DNA of 64,000 bases from Ranitomeya imitator (Eukaryota), in the NCBI RefSeq assembly GCF_032444005.1, contig NC_091285.1, positions 661,354,001 to 661,418,000 of the forward strand, given 5' to 3'. The number at the start of each line of letters is the position of its first letter. The stretch's first letter is position 1. The notes under the pieces were generated by a model that saw only the letters and a list, made by a program, of their open reading frames with translations, was not told the origin of the DNA and made no database searches. The translations under genes and the position numbers were made by a program. This document shows positions 49,151 through 60,889 of the stretch, in pieces.

Positions 49151-49752
49151 ACACGTGAAGTAAGGGTTATATGTCCGCCTGTCTTCTTAGGTTCTACCAG
49201 TATATTAGGTTTTTATCTCTTTACCAATACAGTCACAGAAACCCGTACGATGTCATCCCAGGCGAACCCCCAAAATCTAATCAACTGTTCAATTAGGCAA
49301 TTATAATATGCGTCATTCTTGTAGGTCGTTTGTTATGGCTGTGTAATCCTTTGTGTTGTATGGAAGTGTGACAGAGCACCCATAGTACCTCCATATGCCC
49401 TTAACTCCATAAGAAAGCTGTGCCATGTTCCATCCTGCTACTCAACTTTCCTGGATCCAGCGTCATCTGTCTCTTTTCCTTGGCACTTAAGTTTTATATA
49501 GCAACCCTGCGTGCACCTCTGACGTTATAGTCCACTGCCTGAGTAATCAGGTAGTTGGCTTCCATGCAACTACTGAAGGACAGCCTTTCTGCTTCCTAAA
49601 GACTCTCTGACAAACCAAGCTCTGCTATATTGCTGGGTATCTCTGCTATACTAAGGGCAATCTTTGCCTTGCAGTTTGGGACTAACATATCTACTACATC
49701 ACTGAAACAGCTCTCCCGTGCAACTGACAGTTCTGCATTGGACTCTCAGGCA

Positions 49753-50335
49753 AACTCAGCTCTGCTATATTATTGAGTCAACTCTATCATACTGTTGCGG
49801 GTTCTACATTTGAATCTGTAACAAACTCAGCACTGCTAGATTGTTTAGTCAACTCTATCATACTGTTACGAGTGCTACATTTGACTCTGTGACAAACTCA
49901 GCACTGCTATATTGTTTAGCCAACTCTATCATACTGTTACGAGTTCTACATTTGACTCTGTGACAAACTCAGCACTGCTATATTGTTGAGTCAACTCTAT
50001 CATACTGTTTCAAATTCTACATTTGACTCTGTGACAAACTCAGCACTGCTATATTGTTGAGTCAACTCTATCATACTGTTACGAGTTCTACATTTGACTC
50101 TGTGACAAACTCAGCTCTGCTATATTGTTGAGTCAACTCTATCATACTGTTACGAGTGCTACATTTGACTCTGTGACAAACTCAGCACTGCTATATTGTT
50201 GAGTCAACTCTATCATACTGTTACGAGTTCTACATTTGACTCTGTGACAAACTCAGCTCTGCTATATTGTTGAGTCAACTCTATCATACTGTTACGAGTG
50301 CTACATTTGACTCTGTGACAAACTCAGCACTGCTG
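49753..50335. repeat. 71-bp minisatellite, ~8 highly similar copies
   Basis: Unit ACTCAGCACTGCTATATTGTTGAGTCAACTCTATCATACTGTTACGAGTTCTACATTTGACTCTGTGACAA. Confidence 0.95.
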
Positions 50336-51395
50336 CATTGCCTGCTAGGTCGCCAGACCAGCTCTGCTTTTGAACCTCCTATACAACTCAGCTCTGCTTC
50401 ACTGGTTCCTCATCACTGAAACTTTTTGCTTCCTTGTGGGCTTCAGCTTTGTTTCATAAGATCCCTAGATTCTCATTTTCTCCTAACAAAGCACCTTCCA
50501 TTGTTTCACTGGAGACCGAACACATCATATCCATCATTCTTCTAGGAATAGAAATAAAACCCGTAATATCGTGTCACAAGAAGAGAAGTCTTCACATGTC
50601 TCTAATATATGATATGAGGACTCCTTGTGGCATTATATGACGGGTTTTTTCTATAACTAGAAGAATAATGGATTTGATCTGTTTGGTCTCCAGTCACGGA
50701 AATCATGGGAATCACAGGGGGTCTTCAAATAGACTTTTGCTATCCAAATAATACCGCCATATAGTAACCAATTCTCAGACATGCTATCATTAAGTGCCTA
50801 AAGAAAATGTCCACCTAGTGTCTGAATATTTTGCTTTTAGATAAAAATAATTAGGTTAGAAGGTGAAGTTCCTGGTGGTCTTGGTTGGTGACACTTTACA
50901 TGCTGAGAATACAGCCCATTGTGACCCATAACAAAACCGGGGTGGACAATGGCCCTTTTTGCCACCTCCCAACCGCCTCCGAGTCTCTCCATTTGTATTT
51001 ATGCACATCATAATGTGTTTGTGCTCAGTTGAGCGCTGACCAACGTCTCGTATAATAAGTGAAGGATGAAAGACCCACAATCCTGAAATAACAGGTCATA
51101 GTTCGGTATAATATTCACTACAGTACGGTTTTATGTTGTGTTTAATCCCAATCTTGTTTTGTTAACGTCTCCTGTCTCCAGTATCACATGTGGTTCTGTT
51201 TATGCATCAAAGTTATGATATTGGCTTGGCATCCGAGCGCCTGACGCTGGAGCGAGCCGTCCGGCTTTTTTCTAATTGGACTCCAGCATTCTTTCTCACA
51301 AAACGCTCAAGTCTAGTGTAAACCGGATGGCGGTATAGCAGATGTCTATACAAACTGTATGTGAGTCTAGTGAAGGACAACAGAAGTCAATATTA

Positions 51396-53044
51396 CAGTT
51401 AAGTCCATATATATTTGGACAGAGACAAGATTTTTTTAATTTTGGTTATAGACATTACCACAATGAATTTTAAACAAAACAATTCAGATGCAGTTGAAGT
51501 TCAGACTTTCAGCTTTCATTTGAGGTTATCCACATTAAAATTGGATGAAGGGTTTAGGAGTTTCAGCTCCTTAACATGTGCCACCCTGTTTTTAAAAGGA
51601 CCAAAAGTAATTGGACAGATTCAATAATTTTAAATAAAATGTTCATTTATAGTACTTGGTTGAAAACCCTTTGTTGGCAATGACTGCCTGAAGTCTTGAA
51701 CTCATGGACATCACCAGACGCTGTGTTTCCTCCTTTTTGATGCTCTGCCAGGCCTTCACTGCGGTGGTTTTCAGTTGCTGTTTGTTTGTGGCCTTTCTGT
51801 CTGAAGTTTAGTCTTTAACAAGTGAAATGCTGCTCAATTGGGTTGAGATCAGGTGACTGACTTGGCCAATGAAGAATATTCCACTTCTTTGCTTTAATAA
51901 ACTCCTGGGTTGCTTCGGCTTTATGTTTTGGGTCTTTGTCCATCAGTAGTATGAAACGGCGACCAATCCGTTTGGCTGCATTTGGCTGGATTTGAGCACA
52001 CAGTATGGCGGCTCTGAATACCTCAGAATTCATTCGGCTGCTTCTGTCCTGTGTCACATCATCAATAAACACTAGTGACCCAGTGCCACTGCCAGCCATG
52101 CATGCCCAAGCCATCACACTGCCTCCGCCGTGTTTTACAGATGATGTGGTATGCTTTGGATCATGAGCTGTACCACGCCTTCGCCATACTTTTCTCTTTC
52201 CATCATTCTGGTAGAGGTTGATCTTGGTTTCATCTGTCCAAAGAATGTTCTTCCAGAACTGTGCTGGCTTTTTTAGATGTTTTTTAGCAAAGTCCAGTCT
52301 AGCCTTTTTATTCTTGATGCTTATGAGTGGCTTGCACCGTGCAGTGAACCCTCTGTAGTTACTTTCATGCAGTCTTCTCTTTATGGTAGATTTGGATATT
52401 GATACGCCGACCTCCTGGAGAGTGTTGGTCACTTGGTCGGCTGATGTGAAGGGGTTTCTCTTCACCATAGAGATTATTCTGCGATCATCCACCACTGTTG
52501 TCTTCTGTGGGCGCCCAGGTCTTTTTGCATTGATGAGTTCACCAGTGCTTTCTTTCTTTCTCAGGATGTACCAAACTGTAGATTTAGCCTCTCCTAATAT
52601 TGTAGCAATTTCTCGGATGGGTTTTTTCTGTTTTTGCAGCTTAAGGATGGCTTGTTTCACCTGTATGGAGAGCTCCTTTGACCGCATGTTTACTTCACAG
52701 CAAAACCTTCCAAATGCAAGCACCACACCTCAAATCTACTCCAGGCCTTTTATCTGCTTAATTGAGAATGACATAACGAAGGGATTGCCCACACCTGTCC
52801 ATGAAATAGCCTTGGGGTCAATTGTCCAATTACTTTTGGTCCCTTTAAAAACAGGGTGGCACATGTTAAGGAGCTGAAACTCCTAAACCCTTCATCCAAT
52901 TTTAATGTGGCTACCCTCAAATGAAAGCTGAAAGTCTGAACTTCAACTGCATCTGAATTGTTTTGTTTAAAATTCATTGTGGTAACGTATATAACCAAAA
53001 TTAGAAAAATGTTGTCTCTGTCCAAATATATATGAACCTAACTG
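51396..53044 (-). mobile_element. Tc1-family DNA transposon, 1649 bp, long (~220 bp) TIRs
   Basis: TA flanks; TIR CAGTTA(A/G)GT(C/T)CATATATATTTGGACAGAGAC; transposase ORF. Confidence 0.96.
51643..52687 (-). pseudogene. Tc1 DD34E transposase with a 1-nt frameshift just after the catalytic Glu
   Basis: MRSKELS..., GRPQKTT, WTDETK, MDKDPKH and SPDLNPIE (34 residues between D and E); C-terminus resumes in another frame ([19 protein letters not shown]...). Confidence 0.92.
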
Positions 53045-53129
53045 TATATGGGCAAGTTTATGGAGTGACCAACAGGGAATCACCTAGGGGACTTCAGGAG
53101 TAAAATAAAACCACCTGCTATTATTGAGC

Positions 53130-55110
53130 GGGGTAGTATGGTAGTATTATTTTTGCAATGAATAGTAGTATGATGTGGGAAGTGTAGGGCAGTATTATGT
53201 GAGCTCTCTAAGACAGTACTATTTGGTTATTGCCACTAAGGGCTTGTTTTCACATGCGAGAAACACGTCCGTGTCTCGCATGTGGAAACGAAGTTCTGGC
53301 GCCGGCACTCCGGAGTGGAGCGTGCGGCTGCATGTGTTGCTATGCGGCCGCCCTCTCTGCTCCGGAGTGCCGGCGCCAGAACTTCGTTTCCACATGCGAG
53401 ACACGGACGTGTTACTCGCATGTGGAAACAAGCCCTTACCTGGACACTGTATTGTAGTATTATGTGAGTTGTATATGGAAGCATTATCTTGGTACAATAT
53501 GGCTAAATCATTTAGGGTTTGTAAGGGAGCATTATCTGGATGGTACATGTTGTTTGGAAACTATGTGGTGATATTATGCGGGCTGTATATGACTGTATTA
53601 TCTTGATACTATGTGGCAGTATTTTGGGGGCTCTATAAGACATTATTTGGGCATCAAGTGGTGGTATCATGAATGCAGTATATGGCAGTATTATCTTGGT
53701 ACTATGTGGCAGTATTTTTGGGGTGCTATAATTGAGTATTATTTTGATATCACATATTATTACCATGGGGTGGTAGCATATGTGCGGTATATGGCAGTAT
53801 TATCTTGACACTATATGTCCATATTTTTGTTTTGTAATGGGGTATTATTTGGATACTGCAAATTATTCTGACAGTATATTGGTAGTATAATGTGGGCATT
53901 GTATGGCATTATCATCTTGGTACTGTATATTGGTGTTATGTGTGCTCTGTAAGGTAGTATTATTTGGCCACTCCACAATATTTGGCACTATTAAATGGCA
54001 TTATTTGGATATTATAACAGAATATTATTTGAATAGGGCACAATATTTGGGCACTCTCTGGTGGCATTATGCAGACTGTTTATGGCAGTATTATCTTGGT
54101 ACTATATGACCTTATTATGTGGGCTTATAAGGAAGTATCTAAGCAATGCCCATTATTTGGGCTCTATGTGGTAGTATTATGCATCCATATATGGCAGTAT
54201 TATCTTGGTAATATATGGCTAAATCATTTAGGGTCTGTAAGGGAGCATGATTTGGATAGTAATGGTATTTGGAAACTATGCGGTGATATTATGCAGACTG
54301 TATATGACAGTATTATCTTAATACTATGTGGCAGTATTTTGTGAGCTCTATAAGACATTATTTGGGAATCAACTGGTGGTATCATGTATGTACTATATGG
54401 CAGTATAATCTTGGTACTATGTGGCAGTATTTTTTGGGCTCTGTAAGGGAGTATTATTTGGATATTGCACATTATTTGGACATCATGGGGTGGTAGCGTA
54501 TGTGCGGTATATGACAGTATTATCTTGATACTATATGTCCATATTATTTTTGTTTTATAATGGGGTATTATTTGGATACTGCAAATCTTGTGGACCTTGT
54601 ATGGCATTATTATCTTGGTACTGTATATTGGTGTTATGTGTGCTCTGTAAGGTAGTATTATTTGGCCACTCCACAATATTTGACACTATATAATGGTCTT
54701 ATGTGGGTATTATAACAGAATGTTATTTGAATAGTGTACAATATTTGGGCACTATCTGGTGGTATTATGCAGACTGTTTATGTCAGTATTTTCTTGGTAC
54801 TATATGGCCGTATTATGTGGGCTTATAAGGGAATATTATTTAGGCAATGCACATTATTTGTCCACTATGTGGTAGCATTATGCATCCATATGTGGTAATA
54901 TTATGCATCCATATATGGCAGTATTATCTTGGTACTATATGGCGGTATGCTGCTCATTAACTGGGCACTATTTAGTGGCATTATATGGCTCAATATGGCA
55001 GTATTGTCTTGGTACTATGTGATGAGATTATTTGGGCTTTATAACGACATGTTATTTGGATGCAGCTCTTTATTTGAGCACTGTATGATAATAATATTTT
55101 GAGACTATAT
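53130..55110. repeat. Degenerate AT-rich satellite (TATATGGCAGTATTATCTTGGTAC motif) with a ~710-bp higher-order duplication
   Basis: ATATGGCTAAATCATTTAGGG recurs at about 53499 and 54212; related reverse-complement sequence at about 31850-32450 and 58460-58660. Confidence 0.75.
53240..53435. mobile_element. Palindromic Harbinger-like MITE (~196 bp)
   Basis: TIR GGGCTTGTTT(T/C)CACATGCGAG; TAA/TTA flanks; whole element folds back. Confidence 0.75.
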
Positions 55111-55645
55111 GGCAGTGTGGAAGTAGCAAGGTTCATAGGAGCAGGGATTTTACTGGAAATTCTCACAGCTTTTCTCCATTCTGGCTCAATTACAGCAGGG
55201 GATAACAGATTCCTCTGTATCTTTAAAAAAAAATCCACAATGGAAAATGCTTTTTTTTTTTTAAAAACCACAAGAATAAGAACCAAAAGTGTAAAATATG
55301 TGTGTATGCCTTGTAAACGTGGTCGCTCGCACATTTCATGGACCATGGAGGAGGACACAGCTGTGTTTATTTCCAAGGTCGTCTCGAGCATTCAGCACTG
55401 AAGACGAGCCGCCTGCACTGGATGTATGAAGTCAGCAGTGTGCGCACAGCAAGAGCTGAACTCAAAGGTTTCTCTTCGGGGGCTCCCAGATGTGTGCCGC
55501 AGCAAATTCTTGTGTGGTCACAATATCACTTAGAAATTACTCCTTTTATACTACCTAGGGCAGTGATAGAGAACCTTATAGAGACCGAGCGCCCAAACTG
55601 CAACCCAAGACCCATTTATTTATCGCAAAGTGCCAACACGGTTGT

Positions 55646-56398
55646 TTAAGGCAATCCAGAAACACAGTGTGCTTAGCGATCAGAGCGCACACAGTGATCT
55701 GACAAATACCCAAAAATACAAGAACGAGCTCTGAGACGTGGAAACTCTGTAGACTGCACACCTGATCCTATCCTAAACACAACTAAAAGCGGCTGTGGAT
55801 TGCGCCTAACAACTACCTAGGCAACTCGGCACAGCCTAAGAAACTAGCTAGCCTGAAGATAGAAAAATAGGCCTGACTTGCCCCAGAGAAATTCCCCAAA
55901 GGAAAAGGCAGCCCCCCACATATAATGACTGTGAGTAAGATGAAAAGACAAAACGTAGGGATGAAATAGATTCAGCAAAGTGGGGCCCGATATTCTAGGA
56001 CAGAGAGAGGACAGTAAAGCGAACTTTGCAGTCTACAAAAAACCCTAAAGCAAAACCACGCAAAGGGGGCAAAAAAAACCCACCGTGCCGAACTAACGGC
56101 ACGGCGGTACACCCTTTGCGTCTCAGAGCTTCCAGCAAAACAAAAGACAAGCTGGACAGAAAAAAAGCAACAAAAAAGCAAAAGGCACTTAGCTATACAG
56201 AGCAGCAGGTCACAGGAACAATCAGGAGAAGCTCAGATCCAACACTGAAACATTGACAAGGAGCAAGGATAGCAGCATCAGGCGGAGTTAAGTAATGAAG
56301 CAGTTAACGAGCTCACCAGAACACCTGAGGGAGGAAGCTCAGAAGCTGCAGTACCACTTGTGACCACAGGAGTGAATTCAGCCACAGAATTCACAACA
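55646..56398 (-). mobile_element. Main part of the split solo LTR (same superfamily as 29063-29872)
   Basis: Ends GAATTCACAACA followed by GACGTC (56399-56404); lacks its own TG terminus, which lies at 26221. Confidence 0.9.
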
Positions 56399-57470
56399 GA
56401 CGTCATTGAAGTTGAAGGACCTGACGAGGCAGAACTTAGATATTGATGAAATAATTGAAGATGAAGGACTTGGTGAGACAGTACCTAGATATTGATTATG
56501 TCATTTAAGAGGAAGAACTTGTAAGGCAGTACCTAGACATTGATGATGTCATGGAAAAAGAAGGACCTGATGATGTTGTTGATGAAGAGAAAGGACTTGG
56601 CAGGGCAGTATCTAGATCTTGATTAAGTAATTGAAGACAAATTACCTGGTGGGGCTGTGCCTAGAAATTGATGAGGTCCTGACAGGACAATATCTAGATA
56701 TTGAAGAAGAAAGATTTGGGAGGACAGCACCTAGCTAAATTGATGATGCCTTTAAACAGGAAGGGCCAATGAGAGCAGTAACTAGATATTAATTCTTTCG
56801 TTGAAGAGGAAAGACATGGCAGGACAGTACCAAGGTATTCATGACGTCATTTAAAAGGAAGGACTTGTGAGGGAAGTACCTAGACATTGATGATGTCCTG
56901 GCAGGGCAATATCTAGATATTGAAGAAGAAGGATTTGGGATGATAGCACCTAGCTATAGATAATGTCATAGAAGAGGAAGGACCAGGGAGGGCAGTACTT
57001 AAATAATGATGATGTCATGAAAGAGGAGAACCTGGCAGGGCAGTACCTAGATAGTGGAGAGGAAAGATCTGGTGGGGCAGCACCTAGATAGTGGAGAGGA
57101 AAGATCTGGTGGGGCAGCACCTAGATAGTGGAGAGGAAAGATCTGGTGGGGCAGCACCTAGATAGTGGAGAGGAAAGATCTGGTGGGGCAGCACCTAGAT
57201 AGTGGAGAGGAAAGATCTGGTGGGGCAGCACCTAGATAGTGGAGAGGAAAGATCTGGTGGGGCAGCACCTAGATAGTGGAGAGGAAAGATCTGGTGGGGC
57301 AGCACCTAGATAGTGGAGAGGAAAGATCTGGTGGGGCAGCACCTAGATAGTGGAGAGGAAAGATCTGGTGGGGCAGCACCTAGATAGTGAAGATAAAAGA
57401 TCTAGTGGGGCAGTACCTATATATTGATGATATCATTGAAGAGGAAGGACAGAATCTTGATATTGATGAT
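56399..57470. repeat. Degenerate tandem array containing a homogeneous 37-bp sub-array (about 57047-57400, ~9 copies)
   Basis: Unit CTGGTGGGGCAGCACCTAGATAGTGGAGAGGAAAGAT. Confidence 0.92.
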
Positions 57471-58959
57471 GTCATAGAATTTACACTTTTACTTGCACCC
57501 GAATTTTTCATTCTAATTATCAGGGGGGCAGTTTCAAAGTAATGGCTTGATAAATGGATTATTTTCCTATACACAGACTGAAGTTGTTAGTTAAGTACAT
57601 TCATTTTTGCTACTTTCACAGCTTTTGACATTCAGGTGGCCAGGGCTGTGTCTCACAATAAGTGATGTCACTGCACCTATTTGATGACATCATTAATCCT
57701 TGCCCAAGGGTCCAGAATTGTCAATCAGCCTCTGCACTCCTGATTATGTCATTACGTCTGTCATTATCTGCTGTGGATTTGTTCTTCCTGTTGTTCTGTG
57801 CGCTGAGCCCTTTGAAGTGACAGCACAGAGCCAAGCAGGTCTGAGAAAACATTGTGAGCTTTATTCACAGGCCAAATGATAACCTGTCGGTGTGCTGGAG
57901 GATTATAGTCCTAGTCCAGATGCCCCCACACAGGGCCCTGCCAGATAAGATAACATCTTGGACCGCCATCACTGCAGCTTTCTCTCACATCCTTATATCT
58001 GTTTTGTAAAGTAATATATGATCCATGACACACTTGATATGTGATGATGGCAAGTCCCAGTGGTGAAAACCCACCATAATGCACCACAACCGATACACCC
58101 CCAGCATTAGGTGACAGGGAATATGGCAGCCATTACAGATTGTATAAGTCTAGACACAAAGCTTTTCCAAGTTCCTGAATAATTTTCTGGGCCCTGGATG
58201 ATAAGGCAGCTATAATGGCAAAAAAACAAGATTTGAAAAATAGAAAAGGAAGAATAGCTAAATGTTCCTACCTTCCTGTGAAGTGAAACATCATTATATA
58301 TAATAAATGTTCTCGTTTGCCTAAATGAGACCCTTCATTATCATCATTTATCTCATGAATCTATAGTAATATCGGCTATGTAAAAACGAGTTCCAGTAGG
58401 CAAGCAAAGCACGACCAGTCATTTGTCTTTTTTTTCCCACTCCCATTATTTCAGCCCACATAATACTGCCATACTAGGCTAAGATAATATTGTTATACTT
58501 GTTCAAGTTAATACTATTATATATACTACCGCTCTATGGTCCACTTGAAAGCCCACACACAATACGACATTTCTATTCCAAATAATACTATCACATACCA
58601 CTAGATAATACTACCGTATACATTGCCACTAAATCTAAATAATACTGCCATACACTGCTCTATAACACTCGGGGATTTTAGTTGGTTCATGACAGCTCTC
58701 ATCTCATTCCATATGCAATAAATCTGAAATCAAGGAGAGAGCGCACATAGGGCGATAAAAGTGATGATTTGGATGACAATACACGGTAGGTGCACTCACC
58801 TTTAGAGGTTGTGAAAAGTCACAACCCCTTGCACAATATAAGAAGAAACAGTGGTCGCTGCAGACTCCCGTGGATAGCAATGTGACAAAGAAGGAAGGAG
58901 AAGACCGGGTTTCTCAATGTATCCGCGCTGACCACGCACGATGGAAGTTTTCTTGAACG

Positions 58960-59012
58960 CTTTATTGTGCCGACGTGTTTCGTGGCAATCTGCCACTTCC
59001 TCAGGGCCAAAG
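58960..59012 (-). ncRNA. Minimal type I hammerhead ribozyme motif (helix III palindrome broken: ACACGU)
   Basis: Minus strand: CUUUGGCC-CUGAGGA-A-GUGGCA(GAU)UGCCAC-GAAA-CACGUC-GGCACAAUAAAG. Confidence 0.7.
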
Positions 59013-59254
59013 ATTTGACAGTGTCTGTTTACAGCGGTGGTTTTATACAGAATCTTCAGGCATCAGAATGTCATACACCAGTTACAATGACTTTATTTCA
59101 GAGTTTAGAATTTGAAATAAAGTCATTGTAACTGGTGTATGACATTCTAACACTGGAGGGGGCGTTCCCACAGGAAGTGATGTCGGTTTGTTTGTAATTG
59201 TGATGCCATGAAGATTCTGTATAAAACCACCGCTGTAAACAGACACTGTAAAAT

Positions 59255-59307
59255 CTTTGGCCCTGAGGAAGTGGCAGATTGCCACGAAACGCGTCGGCAC
59301 CATAAAG
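59255..59307 (+). ncRNA. Minimal type I hammerhead ribozyme motif; predicted cleavage 3' of GUC at 59295
   Basis: CUGAGGA 59263-59269, extra A, helix II GUGGCA/UGCCAC, GAAA 59286-59289, palindromic helix III ACGCGU, bulged helix I CUUUGGCC / GGC-AC-CA-U-AAAG. Confidence 0.82.
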
Positions 59308-59584
59308 CTTTCAAGAAAACTTCCATCGTGTGTGGTCAGCGCGGATACATTGAGAAACCCGGTCTTCTCCTTCCTTCTTTGTCACATCTATATGCAATAA
59401 CACAGAGCTCTTCACATATCTAAAGGCCTCCATACACAAAAGACTTCAGATGGCCGAGCCTAAAGTCTAATATGTATGAGGGCATTGCGACTCATCCCTG
59501 ACAGATAATTTAAATGGCGAGAAAGATTTGGGATATTGGATTTCTGACTGATGATCCTTTTGCTCTCTGGGATATAAGAAGCTG

Positions 59585-60420
59585 CTACAGGAGACTTTAG
59601 GACGCAGAGGAATCTGGAGATCACAGAGGAGTCAGGAAGACATAGAAGACTCTGGAGGTCGCAAAGGAGTCTGGAGGACGCAGAGGAGTCAGGAAGATGC
59701 AGAGGAGTCTGGAGGTCGCAGAGGAGTCTGGAAGACATATAAGATTGGAGGTCGCAGAGGAGTCTGGAGGTCGCAGAGGAGTCTGGAGGACACAGAGGAG
59801 TCAGGAAGACATAGAAGACACTGGAGGTCGCAAAGGAGTCTGGAGGACGCCAAGGAGTCTGGAGGACACAGAGGAGTCAGGAAGATGCAGAGGAGTCTTG
59901 AGGTCGCAGAGGAGTCTGGAAGACATAGAAGACTCGAGGTCGCAGAGGAGTCTGGAGGACGCAGAGGAGTCTGGAGGATGCAGAGGAGTCTGGAGGCCGC
60001 AGAGGAGTCAGGAAGATGCAGAGGAGTCTGGAGGTCGCAGAGGAGTCAGGAAGACACAGAGAAGTCTAGAGGTCGCAAAGGTATCTGGAAAGCAGGGGAG
60101 ACTCTGGAGGACACAGAGGAGTCTGGAGGTCGCAGAGGAGTCTGGAAGTCAGAGGAGCCTGGAGGTTGCAGAAGGGCCTGGAGGTCGCAGAAGAGTCTGG
60201 AGGCTGCAGAAGAGTGTTGAGAGCCAGAGATGTCTGTAGGACAGAGAGAAATGACACAGATGAGTCTGGAGGACACGAAGAAGTCTAAAGGATGAAGGGG
60301 AGTCTGGAGGACACAGAAAAATCTTAAAGGCCCAGAGGACTCTGAAATACGAAGAGGAATCTGGAAGACGCAGAGGAGTGTTGAGAGTAAAACGAGTCTG
60401 GAGGACACAGAGTAGTCTAG
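59585..60420. repeat. AG-rich degenerate minisatellite (GCAGAGGAGTCTGGAGGTC)
   Basis: Short tandem units; the source of several repetitive ORFs. Confidence 0.9.
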
Positions 60421-60560
60421 AGAATCAAATATATAATCTTGTTTTAGACAGGGTAACAAAAGTGCGTACATAAACCCTTTAAAAAGGTATAATTTATTAA
60501 TAATTGCTAAAAGACATCTAACTCCCTACAGTGCAAGAGAACTAAACATAAAGAAACATA

Positions 60561-60880
60561 TCTATATATATAATTGTCTAAGGGGTACTTCCGTCTTTCT
60601 GTCTGCAACTTCCGTAACGGAAATCCAGCATCGCTGATTGGTCTCACCAGATGCCTGTCATGGCTGCCGCGACCAATCAGCGACGGGCACAGTCCGATTA
60701 GTCCCTCCCTACTCCCCTGCAGTCAGTGCTCGGCGCCCGCATACTCCCCTCCAGTCACCGCTCACACAGGGTTAATGCCAGCGGTAACAGACCGCGTTAT
60801 GCCGTGGATAACGCACGCCGTTACCGCTGCTATTAACCCCGTGTGTCCCCAACATTTTACTATTGATGTTGCCTATGCAG
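60561..60880 (+). mobile_element. 5' fragment of a non-autonomous Helitron-like element
   Basis: A|TCTATATATATAATTGTCTAAGGG start, similar in style to 43883; 3' CTAG end absent. Confidence 0.45.
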
Positions 60881-60889
60881 CGTTGCCTA

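Larger units (their letters stand above)
58722..59389. mobile_element. Penelope-like inverted terminal-repeat remnant
   Basis: Arms 58880-59100 and 59113-59387 are inverted; 11-bp direct repeats ATATGCAATAA (58711-58721, 59390-59400); CCTGAGGAAG...CGAAACGCGT motif. Confidence 0.8.

Noticed and set aside
26252-55645. An intron-containing transposon or host gene (e.g. Zisupton- or Ulp1-protease-like) spread across the 29.4-kb segment, suggested by WKDNQTL-DIYMEKV (~48900), DCGSFIL (~51100) and AG/GT-bounded stretches at ~26390-26480, 30654-30754 and 55160-55215
   Set aside because: The putative exons contain stops or incompatible phases, the Ulp1-like motifs are in the wrong order, and several stretches fit decayed L1 ORF2 at least as well. 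A TBLASTN/HMM search would be decisive; I could not run it.
55338-55649. 103-aa ORF ending exactly at the right junction of the large insertion
   Set aside because: Its stop is supplied by the junction TTAA; no recognisable motif or expression evidence, so likely chance.
57047-57400. CRISPR-like appearance of the 37-bp array (and the 44-bp and 71-bp arrays)
   Set aside because: Head-to-tail repeats with no unique spacers, no cas genes, and a eukaryotic context.
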